Positions 8,737 to 21,688 of a stretch of 64,000 nt of DNA are shown in pieces; positions within the stretch are counted from its first letter, which is position 1; each line of letters starts with the position of its first letter. The notes under the pieces are model-generated. The model was not told the origin of the DNA and searched no databases. It worked only from the letters and a program-made list of their open reading frames with translations. The DNA is from Stellaceae bacterium (GTDB lineage: Bacteria; Pseudomonadota; Alphaproteobacteria; ATCC43930; CGMCC-115725): the NCBI GenBank assembly GCA_035534535.1, contig DATLRS010000007.1, positions 7,562-71,561 of the forward strand, in the 5' to 3' direction. The position numbers and the translations under genes are program-made.

Positions 8737-11409
8737 ATGGTCAAGCTTGTTCGCTTTTTCTTTGTCTCTACGGTGCTGGTGGCGCTCGCCGGCGGCGTCT
8801 TCGCCGGGCTGACGATCTGGTATTTCGGTCGCGACCTGCCCGACTACCAGGCGCTCGCGTATTACCAGCCGCCGATCACGACGCGCGTGCAAGCAGGCGA
8901 CGGCCGGCTGCTCGCCGAATATGCCACCGAGCGCCGGGTGTTTGTCCCGATCGCGGCGATCCCGAAGCGCGTCATCCGGGCGTTCATCTCGGCCGAGGAC
9001 AAGAATTTTTACAGCCATCACGGCGTCGATCCGATGTCGATCCTGCGGGCCGCGGTGACCGATATCGGCCGCTGGCGCAGCAACCGCCGCCCGATCGGCG
9101 CGTCGACGATCACCCAGCAGGTCGCCAAGAACATGCTGCTGTCGAACGAATTGTCGATCAGCCGCAAGATCAAGGAGATCCTGCTCGCCACCCGGATCGA
9201 CGAGGCGCTGCCGAAGGACCGCATCCTCGAGCTTTACCTCAACGAGATCTATCTCGGCTCGGGGGCGTACGGGGTGGCGGCGGCGGCGATGACCTATTTC
9301 GACAAGTCGCTCGATCAGCTGAGCCTCGGCGAGGCGGCGTTTCTCGGCGGCCTGCCGAAGGCCCCCAACAACTACAACCCGGTACGCTTCCCGCAGGCGG
9401 CCAAGGCGCGCCGCGACTGGGTGCTCGACCGCATGGCAGAAGACGGCTACGCGAGCCCCGCAGAGGTCGCAGCGGCCAGGGCCGAGCCGCTGGTGACGCA
9501 CCACCGCGAGGAGGCCGAGACCGTCAACGCGCCCTATTTCGCCGAGGAAGTGCGGCGCGAATTGCTGGCCCGCTATGGCGAGAAGATGCTCTACGAGGGC
9601 GGGCTATCGGTGCGCACCAGCCTCGATCCGGCGATGCAGGCGGCCGCCGACAAGACGCTGCGCGACGGGCTCATCGCCTATGACCGCGGCCATGGCGGCT
9701 GGCGCGGCGCCGTCGGGCATATCGATCCCGGCGCCGGCTGGCCGCACCGGCTCGCCGAGCAACCGCTGCCGGCCGGCGCCGATGCGGTCGGCTGGCGGCT
9801 CGCGGTGGTGCTGCACACCGAAAGTGACGGCGCGAGGATCGGCCTGAAGGGCGGCGAGACCGGCAGGATCCCGTTTGCCGAAATGCGCTGGGCGCGGCCG
9901 CTGCGCGCCAACGGCACGCGCGGCCCCGCGCCGCGCCGCGCCGCCGACGTGGTCAAGCCGGGCGACCTCGTGCTGGTCGAACGGCTGGCGGCCCATACCG
10001 GCAAGCAAGAGGCGCGGCATGGCAGGGCACCGGCGCCAGCGGTCGTGCCGGCCGATCTGTTCAACCTGTGCCAGATCCCCGATGTTTCCGGCGCGCTCGT
10101 TGCGATCGACCCGCATACCGGGCGGGTGCTGGCGATGACCGGCGGCTTCAGCTACGAATTGAGCCAGTTCGACCGCGCCACCCAGGCGAAGCGGCAGGAG
10201 GGATCGTCGATCAAGCCGTTCGTCTATCTGACGGCGCTGGAGCACGGCTTCACCCCGTCGACCCTGATCCTCGACGCGCCGATCGCGCTCAGTCAGGGTC
10301 CGGGGCTGCCGTTGTGGCGGCCGCACAATTACGAGGACCGCTATCTCGGACCGACGACGATGCTGGTCGGCCTCGAACATTCGATCAACGTCATGGCGGC
10401 GCGCACCGCGGCGATCATCGGCCTGGATGCGTTCGGCAATACGGTCGAGAAATTCGGCATCATGGACCACATGCCGCACGAGTACTCGATGTCGCTGGGC
10501 GCCGGCGAAACCACGCCCATGCGTCTGACTGCCGCCTATGCAATGCTGGTCAACGGCGGCAAGCGCATCACCCCGAGCCTCATCGACCGGGTGCAGGACC
10601 GCAACGGCAAGACGATCTACCGCGCCGACAACCGGCCGTGCGAGGGTTGCCGCGACGTCGAATGGCAGCACCAGAAAGTGCCGGTGATTCCCGATACGCG
10701 CGAGCAGATCGCCGACCCGGCCTCGGCCTTTCAGGTCGTCCAGATGATGGAAGGGGTCGTGCAGCGCGGCACCGGCCGCGCGGTGGCGGCCGTGGGCCGG
10801 CCGATCGCCGGCAAGACCGGCACAAGCAGCGATTGGGCGGACGCCTGGTTCGAGGGCTTCACCCCCGATCTCGCTGCCGGCGTGTTCGTCGGCTACGACG
10901 AACGGGTGTCGCTCGGCAACGGCGAACAGGCCGCCGTCGTGGCGGCGCCGATCTTTCGCGATTTCATGATCGCCGCGTTGCGGGATCGGCCGGCGACCGA
11001 GTTCCGCATTCCGCCCGGGGTGCAGCTCTACCGCGTCAGCCCGACGACCGGCCTGCCGCCGGGGCGCGGCGGGCCGGCGATCTGGCAAGCGTTCAAGACC
11101 GGCACCAACCCGACCACCAACCGCGATCTCGGGCTCCAGCGGTCGCCGAGCGGCCCGGCGACCGCGCCAGAAGCGACAACCGACGCGAACACAATTGACG
11201 CTGGAACGACAGACGCGGACACATCCGACGCGAGCGCACCCGATGCCGCGACATCCGATGCCGTGACACCCGATGCCGCGACACCCGATGCGACACTTGA
11301 CGCGACACTCGACTCGCCAACAACCGATGCCGCGACACCCGCCGCGGCGCCGCCGGCCACGCCGCCGGCCGGGGCGACCCCGGCGAGCGGCACCGGCGGG
11401 CTCTATTGA
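8737..11409 (+). CDS. mrcA: Penicillin-binding protein 1A (bifunctional transglycosylase/transpeptidase)
   Basis: N-terminal TM anchor. GT51 motifs RAFISAEDKNFYSHHG, GASTITQQVAKN, RKIKE. Transpeptidase motifs SSIKPF (SxxK), HSIN (SxN), KTGT. Low-complexity T/D/A/P repeat tail. Confidence 0.9.
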   Translation: MVKLVRFFFVSTVLVALAGGVFAGLTIWYFGRDLPDYQALAYYQPPITTRVQAGDGRLLAEYATERRVFVPIAAIPKRVIRAFISAEDKNFYSHHGVDPMSILRAAVTDIGRWRSNRRPIGASTITQQVAKNMLLSNELSISRKIKEILLATRIDEALPKDRILELYLNEIYLGSGAYGVAAAAMTYFDKSLDQLSLGEAAFLGGLPKAPNNYNPVRFPQAAKARRDWVLDRMAEDGYASPAEVAAARAEPLVTHHREEAETVNAPYFAEEVRRELLARYGEKMLYEGGLSVRTSLDPAMQAAADKTLRDGLIAYDRGHGGWRGAVGHIDPGAGWPHRLAEQPLPAGADAVGWRLAVVLHTESDGARIGLKGGETGRIPFAEMRWARPLRANGTRGPAPRRAADVVKPGDLVLVERLAAHTGKQEARHGRAPAPAVVPADLFNLCQIPDVSGALVAIDPHTGRVLAMTGGFSYELSQFDRATQAKRQEGSSIKPFVYLTALEHGFTPSTLILDAPIALSQGPGLPLWRPHNYEDRYLGPTTMLVGLEHSINVMAARTAAIIGLDAFGNTVEKFGIMDHMPHEYSMSLGAGETTPMRLTAAYAMLVNGGKRITPSLIDRVQDRNGKTIYRADNRPCEGCRDVEWQHQKVPVIPDTREQIADPASAFQVVQMMEGVVQRGTGRAVAAVGRPIAGKTGTSSDWADAWFEGFTPDLAAGVFVGYDERVSLGNGEQAAVVAAPIFRDFMIAALRDRPATEFRIPPGVQLYRVSPTTGLPPGRGGPAIWQAFKTGTNPTTNRDLGLQRSPSGPATAPEATTDANTIDAGTTDADTSDASAPDAATSDAVTPDAATPDATLDATLDSPTTDAATPAAAPPATPPAGATPASGTGGLY

Positions 11410-11440
11410 TTTTGAGGCCCTAACGAAACGGGGATGACCC

Positions 11441-12566
11441 ATGCGCGCCGAAACACAGGCAGTCGTCGACGACATCAGAAAGTCGTTGGCGCTGCTGAGG
11501 AGGCATCTTTGACTGGGAGGCCGCCAACCGGCGCCTCGCCGAGCTGAACGCCAAGGCGGAAGATCCCAAGCTGTGGGACGATCCCGCCGCGGCCCAGGCG
11601 GTGCTGCGCGAACGCACCCGCCTCGAGCGGGCAATCGACAGCTACCGCCGGATCGAACGCGAGGTCGACGAAGCGGTCGAGCTGATCGGCCTGGGCGACG
11701 CCGACGGCGACACCGCGATCGTCGCCGAAGCGGAGGCGGGTCTCGCGGCGCTGCGCCAGGAAGCGCAGCGGCGCGAGGTCGAGAGCCTCCTATCGGGCGA
11801 AGCCGACGGCAATGACTGCTATCTCGAAGTCCACGCCGGCGCCGGCGGCACCGAGGCGCAGGACTGGGCCGAGATGCTGTTGCGCATGTATGTCCGCTGG
11901 GCCGAGGATCACGGCTGCAAGGTCGAGTGGATCGAGGAGAGCGCCGGCGAAGAGGCCGGCCTCAAATCGGCGACGGTGCGGATCAGCGGCCCCGACGCCT
12001 ATGGCTGGCTGAAGACCGAGAGCGGGGTGCATCGCCTGGTGCGCATCTCGCCGTTCGATTCCGCCGCGCGGCGCCACACCAGCTTCGCCTCGGCGTGGGT
12101 CTATCCGGTGGTCGACGAAAAGATCGAGGTCGAGATCAACGACAAGGATCTGCGCATCGACACCTATCGTTCCTCGGGGGCCGGCGGGCAGCACGTCAAC
12201 AAGACCGACAGCGCGGTTCGCATCACCCACCTGCCGACCAACATCGTCGTGCAATGCCAGAGCGAGCGCTCGCAGCACCAGAACCGGGCGCACGCCTTCG
12301 CGATGCTGCGCGCCCGGCTTTACGAGCTCGAATTGCAGAAGCGCGAGGATGCGACCGCGGCGATGAATGCCACCAAGACCGATATCGGCTGGGGCCACCA
12401 GATCCGCTCCTACGTGTTGCAGCCCTACCAGATGGTCAAGGATTTGCGCACCGGGGTCGAAACCGGCAATCCCGCTTCCGTGCTCGACGGCGATATCGAT
12501 CGCTTTCTCGCCGCCGCGCTGGCGCAGCGCATCGCGGGCGCCGACGCAATCACCAGCACGGGCTAA
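11441..12566 (+). CDS. prfB: Peptide chain release factor 2, expressed by programmed +1 frameshift: join(11441..11509,11511..12566)
   Basis: Frame 0: [23 protein letters not shown] then TGA at 11510-11512. The +1 frame continues [24 protein letters not shown] and joins ORF 11601..12566. SPF (RISPFDS) and GGQ ([10 protein letters not shown]) motifs are present. Confidence 0.9.
11498..11513 (+). other. prfB autoregulatory +1 frameshift site (internal SD-like AGGAGG, then CTT TGA C)
   Basis: aggagg (11498-11503) cat CTT(11507-9) TGA(11510-12) C. This is the canonical RF2 recoding signal. Confidence 0.85.
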
Positions 12567-12652
12567 CCGGCCAAGGGGCGGGTATGGCGGGGGGCGAGGC
12601 AGACTGCGTGAAAATGCCACGGAGTGCCAAAAAACCGCGTGACCCGGTGAGA

Positions 12653-12809
12653 CGATTTGCGTACTATCGCAGCACAAGCAAATCGACAGGGCGTAGAAAG
12701 CTAGGCCCGAGTTTAGGGAGGTTCGCGAGTGCCGGCCGAAAACGGCAGTTTTCGGCGGTAAAGAAATCGCAAGAATGAGCTGGCAGGGCATACGCCCTGC
12801 CTTCTTTTT
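12653..12809 (+). ncRNA. Candidate structured small RNA or prfB 3' UTR element (three hairpins, the last an intrinsic terminator)
   Basis: Hairpin 1: CGATTTGC(12653-60)/GCAAATCG(12678-85). Hairpin 2: GCCGAAAAC-GGCA-GTTTTCGGC (12735-56). Hairpin 3: GGCAGGGC-ATAC-GCCCTGCC (12782-12801) followed by TTCTTTTT. The 5' end is unknown, no family is recognised, and no credible coding potential exists. Confidence 0.3.
12782..12809 (+). terminator. Rho-independent terminator
   Basis: 8-bp GC-rich stem, ATAC loop, then TTCTTTTT tract. Read directly. Confidence 0.7.
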
Positions 12810-12903
12810 GGGCACCCGGCACCGGCCATGACCGGCGGACAGCGCTACGCCGCAGCCGGACCGCCTGCATCACGCCCGCTGCAAACGGATTCCTGGATTC
12901 CTG

Positions 12904-14739
12904 ATGAGCGCTCCAATCGAGGATTACGGTATCATCGGCAATGCCCACACTGCCGCGCTGGTGTCGCGCGGCGGCTCGATCGACTGGCTGTGCCTGCCGC
13001 GCTTTGATTCGGAGTCGGTGTTTGCGGCGTTGCTTGGCGACGCCGGCAACGGCCGCTGGCTGCTGGCGCCGCAGGGCCCGATCGAGAGCTCCTCGCGCTG
13101 CTATCGCGGCGAGACCGGTATCCTGGAGACGCGGTTCGAGACCGCGGAGGGCGCCGTCACGGTCATCGACTTCATGCCGCTGGCGGAAGAGGGCGAGAAT
13201 CAGGTCGATCTGATCCGGTTGGTGCGCGGCGAGCGCGGCTGCGTCACGATGCTTACCGAGATCATCTTGCGCTTCGATTACGGCCGCGGCGTCCCGTGGG
13301 TGCGGCAGCATTTCGGCGGCCCGGTGGCGATCGCCGGGCCCAACGCGGTTCAGTTCATCGCGCCGGTGGCATTGCGCGGTACCTCCGAGATGACGACGGT
13401 CGGCGAATTCACCGTCAGCGCCGGCGAGACGGTGCCGTTTACGATGAGCTGGTATCCCTCGCACCACAAAGGCTTCCGCTATCGCGACCCGGAGGAGATT
13501 TTGCGGGCGACCGAGACCCGGTGGCACGATTGGTCGAGCCAGTGTTCCCTGCGCGGGCGCTGGCGCGACGCCGTCATCCGCTCGCTGATCACCCTGAAGA
13601 TGCTGACCTATCAGCCGACCGGCGGGATCGTCGCGGCGGCCACGACCTCATTGCCGGAGTGGCTCGGCGGGGTGCGCAACTGGGACTATCGGTTCTGCTG
13701 GATCCGCGACGCGACCCTGACGCTCTATGCGCTGCTGACCGCGGGCTACCGCGGCGAGGCGCGGGCCTGGCGGGAATGGCTGCTGCGCGCCGCGGCCGGC
13801 CATCCCTCCGAGATGCAGATCATGTACGGCCTGGCCGGCGAGCGCCGCCTGAGCGAATACGAGATCCCGTGGCTCGCCGGCTACGCCGACAGTCGCCCGG
13901 TGCGTATCGGCAATGCCGCGCACGAACAGCTGCAGCTCGACGTCTATGGCGAGCTGATGGATGCGCTGTACGCCTGTCACCGCTACGGCCTCGAAAGCAG
14001 CCCCTTTGCCTGGGACCTGCAGACGAAGCTGCTGGAGTATCTGGAGACGATCTGGGAGCAGCCGGACCAGGGCATCTGGGAGGTGCGCGGCGAACCGCGC
14101 CACTTCACTTTTTCCAAGGTCATGTGCTGGGTCGCCTTTGACCGCGGCGTCAAATCGATCGAGCAGTTCGGCCTCGAAGGACCACGCGCGCATTGGGACG
14201 AGGTGCGGCAAAAAATCGCGGAGCAGGTCCTCGAGAACGCCTATGATCCCAAGCGCAACACCCTCGTCCAATATTATGGCGCGCCCGATCTCGATGCCTC
14301 GCTGCTGCTGATCCCGCAGCTCGGCTTTCTGCCGCTCGACGACCCGCGGATCCGCGGTACGATCGCGGCGGTCGAGCGCGAACTGGTGCGCGACGGGTTG
14401 GTCTACCGTTATCCGACGCAGCCTGAGACGGACGGGCTGCCGGCCGGCGAAGGCGCGTTTCTGCCGTGCAGTTTCTGGCTGGCCAACAGCATGGCCTTGA
14501 CCGGCCGGCGCGACGAGGCGGTCGCGTTATTCGAACGGCTGCTCGTGCTCGGTAACGATCTCGGCCTGATGGCCGAGGAATACGACCCGCAGGAGCGTCG
14601 CCTGCTCGGCAATTTCCCGCAGGCCTTCTCGCACACCGGAATCATCAACACGGCCGCGCATCTGGCCGAACTCGACAGCGCTTCGGTCGCCCGCGGCGCC
14701 GGCCATCGGCGGCGCACGCCCAGGCAGCCCGCCCGGTAG
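12904..14739 (+). CDS. Glycoside hydrolase family 15 protein (glucoamylase/trehalase-like)
   Basis: 611-aa ORF. N-terminus IEDYGIIGNAHTAALVSRGGSIDWLCLPRFDS. Catalytic-domain blocks WDYRFCWIRDA and WEVRGEPRHFT are typical of bacterial GH15. Confidence 0.85.
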   Translation: MSAPIEDYGIIGNAHTAALVSRGGSIDWLCLPRFDSESVFAALLGDAGNGRWLLAPQGPIESSSRCYRGETGILETRFETAEGAVTVIDFMPLAEEGENQVDLIRLVRGERGCVTMLTEIILRFDYGRGVPWVRQHFGGPVAIAGPNAVQFIAPVALRGTSEMTTVGEFTVSAGETVPFTMSWYPSHHKGFRYRDPEEILRATETRWHDWSSQCSLRGRWRDAVIRSLITLKMLTYQPTGGIVAAATTSLPEWLGGVRNWDYRFCWIRDATLTLYALLTAGYRGEARAWREWLLRAAAGHPSEMQIMYGLAGERRLSEYEIPWLAGYADSRPVRIGNAAHEQLQLDVYGELMDALYACHRYGLESSPFAWDLQTKLLEYLETIWEQPDQGIWEVRGEPRHFTFSKVMCWVAFDRGVKSIEQFGLEGPRAHWDEVRQKIAEQVLENAYDPKRNTLVQYYGAPDLDASLLLIPQLGFLPLDDPRIRGTIAAVERELVRDGLVYRYPTQPETDGLPAGEGAFLPCSFWLANSMALTGRRDEAVALFERLLVLGNDLGLMAEEYDPQERRLLGNFPQAFSHTGIINTAAHLAELDSASVARGAGHRRRTPRQPAR

Positions 14740-14745
14740 CAGCCG

Positions 14746-14775
14746 CCAGCCCCGGCGAATCCAGCCCCGGCGAAT
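14746..14775. repeat. Perfect 2 x 15-bp tandem repeat CCAGCCCCGGCGAAT upstream of dnaE
   Basis: Read directly. It lies 7 nt after the GH15 stop (TAG 14737-39). Confidence 0.85.
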
Positions 14776-14894
14776 CGATTGCCGCTGGCGATCGCCCATG
14801 GCATCGCCGTCGCGCCTGCATCAGGCCGGTTTCGGCGCCCGCAACGGCAAGGCTGTCATCAGCCGGGCGGCGTGCCATTCTGGCTCCAGAACCA

Positions 14895-18386
<3,492 letters not shown>

Positions 18387-18393
18387 AAGATGT

Positions 18394-19806
18394 TCAGCCG
18401 AGGGTCGCGAGCGCCGGGCGCTGTGCGGTCCAGCCGGCCGCCTGCTCGTAGGCGTGGCCGACCCGTAGCACGCTCGCCTCGTCGAAGGCGCGGCCGACGA
18501 ACTGCGCCGCCAATGGCAGGCCGTTCGCCGCAAAGCCGCAGGGCTGCGCCATTGCCGGGTGGCCGGTGACGTTGAACACCGAGCTGATCGGCTGCTGCTT
18601 GCGCCACGGGCCGTCGTCGGTCTCTTCCAGTAAGGGCGCCGGGCCGGGGATGACCGCGCTCAGCAGCACATCGCACTCTTCCAACAGGGCGTCGACCCGG
18701 GCCGTCAGGATGCGGCGCAGCCGCTGCGCCTGGACATACTGTGCCGCCGTGATGAACCCGCCGAGCATCAGCCGCTCGCGCGTGACGCGGGCGTAAAGCT
18801 CGGGGCGCTTGCGCAGATCGTCCTGGTGGATGGCAAACGATTCGCTGTGCGAGATCGTGCGGCAGACCGCCTGGAAATGGTCGTTGGGCGGCAGCCGGAC
18901 CTCGATCACCGCGGCGCCGAGTTTCGCCAGAACCTGCGCCGCAACGTCGAGCGCCGCCCGCTGCTCGCTGCCGACGCCGGCATCATCGTTGAACGCGCGG
19001 GCATAGCCGATGCGCAGGCCGCCGATGCCCCGGCGCAGCGCGGCGCGGTAATCGGGCACCGGCAGATCGGCCGAGCCGGGATCGCGCGGGTCGTAACCGG
19101 CCAGCGCCTGCAAGGCCAACGCCGCGTCCTCGACGGTCCAGGTCAGCGGGCCGCAGGTGTCGAGGCTGTAGCACAGCGGCACGACGCCGCGCCGGCTGAC
19201 CCGCCCGTAGGTCGGCTTCAGCCCGACCGTGCCGCAATAGGCCGCCGGCAGGCGGATCGAGCCGCCGGTGTCGGAACCCATCGCCAACGGCAGCACCCCG
19301 GCCGCCACCGCGGCAGCCGAGCCCGAGCTCGACCCGCCGGTGAAATGCGCCGTGTTCCACGGGTTGCGGGCCGGCGGAAACGGGAGGTCGAAGGCCGGGC
19401 CGCCGGTGGCGAATTCATGCGTCGCGAGCTTGCCGATCAACACCATGCCGGCGGCTTCGAGCCGCGCCGTGGTCGCCGCATCGGCCGCGGCGACATTGTC
19501 GAGCAACAGGCGCGAATGCGCCGTCGTGCGCAGCCCGGCGGCGTCGTAGATGTCCTTCAGCCCATAGGGAATGCCGTGCAGCGGGCCGCGCCGCCGCCCG
19601 CCGGCGATCTCCGCCGCGGCCCGTCGCGCCGCTGCGCGGGCCCGCTCGGCGGTGATCTCGATGAACGCGGCGAGCCGGTCGTTGAGCGCCGCTGCGCGGG
19701 CCAGCGCCGCCTCGGTCAGCGCCACCGGCGACAACTCGCCGGCGGCGATCCGATGGCTCGCCTCGGCGATGGTCGGCAGCGGCGCACCGGGATCGATTGC
19801 GCTCAT
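18394..19806 (-). CDS. Amidase (amidase-signature family, AtzE/GatA-like)
   Basis: 470-aa ORF with amidase signature GGSSSGSAAAVAAG and a catalytic Ser/Lys context. Its start overlaps the stop of the upstream small ORF (ATGA). Confidence 0.8.
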   Translation of the reverse strand: MSAIDPGAPLPTIAEASHRIAAGELSPVALTEAALARAAALNDRLAAFIEITAERARAAARRAAAEIAGGRRRGPLHGIPYGLKDIYDAAGLRTTAHSRLLLDNVAAADAATTARLEAAGMVLIGKLATHEFATGGPAFDLPFPPARNPWNTAHFTGGSSSGSAAAVAAGVLPLAMGSDTGGSIRLPAAYCGTVGLKPTYGRVSRRGVVPLCYSLDTCGPLTWTVEDAALALQALAGYDPRDPGSADLPVPDYRAALRRGIGGLRIGYARAFNDDAGVGSEQRAALDVAAQVLAKLGAAVIEVRLPPNDHFQAVCRTISHSESFAIHQDDLRKRPELYARVTRERLMLGGFITAAQYVQAQRLRRILTARVDALLEECDVLLSAVIPGPAPLLEETDDGPWRKQQPISSVFNVTGHPAMAQPCGFAANGLPLAAQFVGRAFDEASVLRVGHAYEQAAGWTAQRPALATLG

Positions 19807-19997
19807 GTCGGCCGCCGCGGCGCCAGATCGGGCAGCACGGCCGGCTCGTCGGCGTAGTTTAGCGGGTCGTCGAACACGCGCAGCAGCGCCTGCAGGCCCA
19901 GATACGCCTCGCGCATCGCCGCCCGGCGCTCGGGCGCGATCGCAAGGCCGGCGCGCCGCACCGCGGCGGCGAATTCATCCTCGGGCTCGGTCGGCAT
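19803..19997 (-). CDS. Small AtzG-like / DUF4089-like protein, probable amidase partner subunit
   Basis: 64 aa: MPTEPEDEFAAAVRRAGLAIAPERRAAMREAYLGLQALLRVFDDPLNYADEPAVLP. Pattern and size recall DUF4089/AtzG (GatC-like). 4-nt overlap with the amidase start. The family call is from memory, not a search. Confidence 0.5.
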   Translation of the reverse strand: MPTEPEDEFAAAVRRAGLAIAPERRAAMREAYLGLQALLRVFDDPLNYADEPAVLPDLAPRRPT

Positions 19998-20174
19998 CGC
20001 GGTTCCCCTCGCCAGGTCGGGAGCCCGCGATCCTGCGCCAATCCGGGCGGCGGCTCAACCGGCCGCGCGTCGCCCGGCCCGAAATCGCTTGCCGGGACCG
20101 GGCGCAATCGCCGACCATCACGCGACGCGGGCCGCGGCCCCTTTCATCGCCCCTTTCAGCGCAAGGCATGCGAC

Positions 20175-21353
20175 ATGAGCGAACCCTATCTGAAAAGCGG
20201 CATCTTCCTGGCGCCGTTTCACAACCACGATGAAAACCCGACCCTGTCGATCGAGCGCGATCTCGAGCTCTTGGAGCATCTCGACCGGCTGAATTATCAC
20301 GAGGCGTGGATCGGCGAGCATCATTCGGGCGGTTTCGAATTGATCGCCTGCCCGGAGATGTTCATCGCCGCGGCGGCGCAGCGCACCCGCCACATCCGCC
20401 TCGGCACCGGGGTCGTCTCGCTGCCCTACCACAACCCGTTCATGGTGGCCGACCGGATGGTCCAGCTCGATCACATGACGCGCGGCCGGGCGATGTTCGG
20501 CGTCGGTCCCGGCGCCCTCGTCCACGACGCCTTGAAGATCGGCGTCGATCCCTTGAAGCAGCGCCAGATGATGAATGAGGCGTTTGACGTCATCGTGCCG
20601 CTGTTGCGCGGCGAGACGGTGAGCGCCAAGACCGACTGGTTCGAACTGGTCGAGGCGCAATTGCAGTTGCGCTCCTATACCAGGCCGACCATGGAGCTGG
20701 CGGTCGCGGCGGCGCGCTCGCCGTCGGGCTCGCTGTTGTCCGGCAAATACGGCGTCGGCATGCTGTCGATCGGCGGCACCAGCGCGATGGCGATGGAGCG
20801 CCACACCGAGAACTGGGGCCTCTACGAGGCGACGGCGCGCGCCAACGGCCATGTCCCCGACCGCAAGAACTGGCGCGTCGTCGGCATGTTCCACATCGCC
20901 GAGACCCGCGAGGAGGCGCGCCGCAACGTGCGCTTCGGGGTGCAGTCTTTCGCCAATTATTTCCGCGATGTGGCGACCTTCCCGATCATCCCGGCCGATG
21001 TTGCCGACCCCTGCGAATGGCTGATCGAAACGGGCACCGCGTGCATCGGTACGCCCGACGACGCGATCGCCTATATCGAGCGGCTGATGGCCGGTTCCGG
21101 CGGTTTTGGGGTGATCTGCGAGCTGGCCCAGAACTGGGCGGACTGGGATCAGACCAAGCGCCATTACGAGCTGATGGCGCGCTTTGTGCATCCGCATTTC
21201 CAGCAAAGCCGGGAACTATTGCGCGGCAGCTACGATTTTGCGACCAGCCATCACGTCGATTTTACCGGCAAGGCGAGCGCGGCCATCCAGGCGGAGATCG
21301 ACAAGCACACCGCCCGGCAGGCCGGTGAGGAGAAGAAGGCGGCAGCGGAATGA
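20175..21353 (+). CDS. LLM-class flavin-dependent oxidoreductase (luciferase-like monooxygenase)
   Basis: 392-aa ORF. EAWIGEHHSGGFE, LGTGVVSLPYHNPFMVADR and MFGVGPG blocks are typical of the LLM family. Confidence 0.85.
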   Translation: MSEPYLKSGIFLAPFHNHDENPTLSIERDLELLEHLDRLNYHEAWIGEHHSGGFELIACPEMFIAAAAQRTRHIRLGTGVVSLPYHNPFMVADRMVQLDHMTRGRAMFGVGPGALVHDALKIGVDPLKQRQMMNEAFDVIVPLLRGETVSAKTDWFELVEAQLQLRSYTRPTMELAVAAARSPSGSLLSGKYGVGMLSIGGTSAMAMERHTENWGLYEATARANGHVPDRKNWRVVGMFHIAETREEARRNVRFGVQSFANYFRDVATFPIIPADVADPCEWLIETGTACIGTPDDAIAYIERLMAGSGGFGVICELAQNWADWDQTKRHYELMARFVHPHFQQSRELLRGSYDFATSHHVDFTGKASAAIQAEIDKHTARQAGEEKKAAAE

Positions 21354-21688
21354 AACCGCAACCACCAGCCCGCGGGATCCGATCGAACCTGCCCAGATTG
21401 ACAGAAACATCGGAGATTGCTGATACCTAGTCCTAGGCTCGCATAGACCCCATTTGAGTCGTGATGGGGCGTTGACTACGATCTGCGCTCCACAGAAGGG
21501 GCGGGGGACGACATGCACGAGGTGTTGCCATGGAAAGCCGCGAACGAGCGGGAGCGGCCCCCACCGCCACCGCCGCCGCCACGACCAACGCCATCCCCGC
21601 AGCGGCCTCCGGAACCGCGGGTGCCGCCGCGCGAGATACCTCGCCAGCTACCGAGCCGCAGTCCGGGACGGGAGATACATCCGGATCC

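Noticed and set aside
12584-12778. 64-aa very basic ORF (MAGGEADCVKMPRSAKKPRD...) in the prfB-GH15 spacer.
   Set aside because: It uses many codons that are rare for this genome and overlaps three strong RNA hairpins. A non-coding interpretation is preferred, though not excluded without data.
21375-21395. tRNA T-arm-like string (minus strand GGTTCGATCGGATCC) just upstream of the AT-rich islet, considered as a tRNA fragment or att site.
   Set aside because: The flanking bases do not pair into a T-stem, there is no acceptor stem or anticodon arm, and no matching direct repeat lies on the other side of the islet.
21530-21688. GC-rich N-terminal extension (MESRERAGAAPTATAAATTN...) of the two-TM ORF.
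   Set aside because: Composition matches the host spacer rather than the AT-rich body of the gene, and it is low-complexity. I kept it only as an alternative start.
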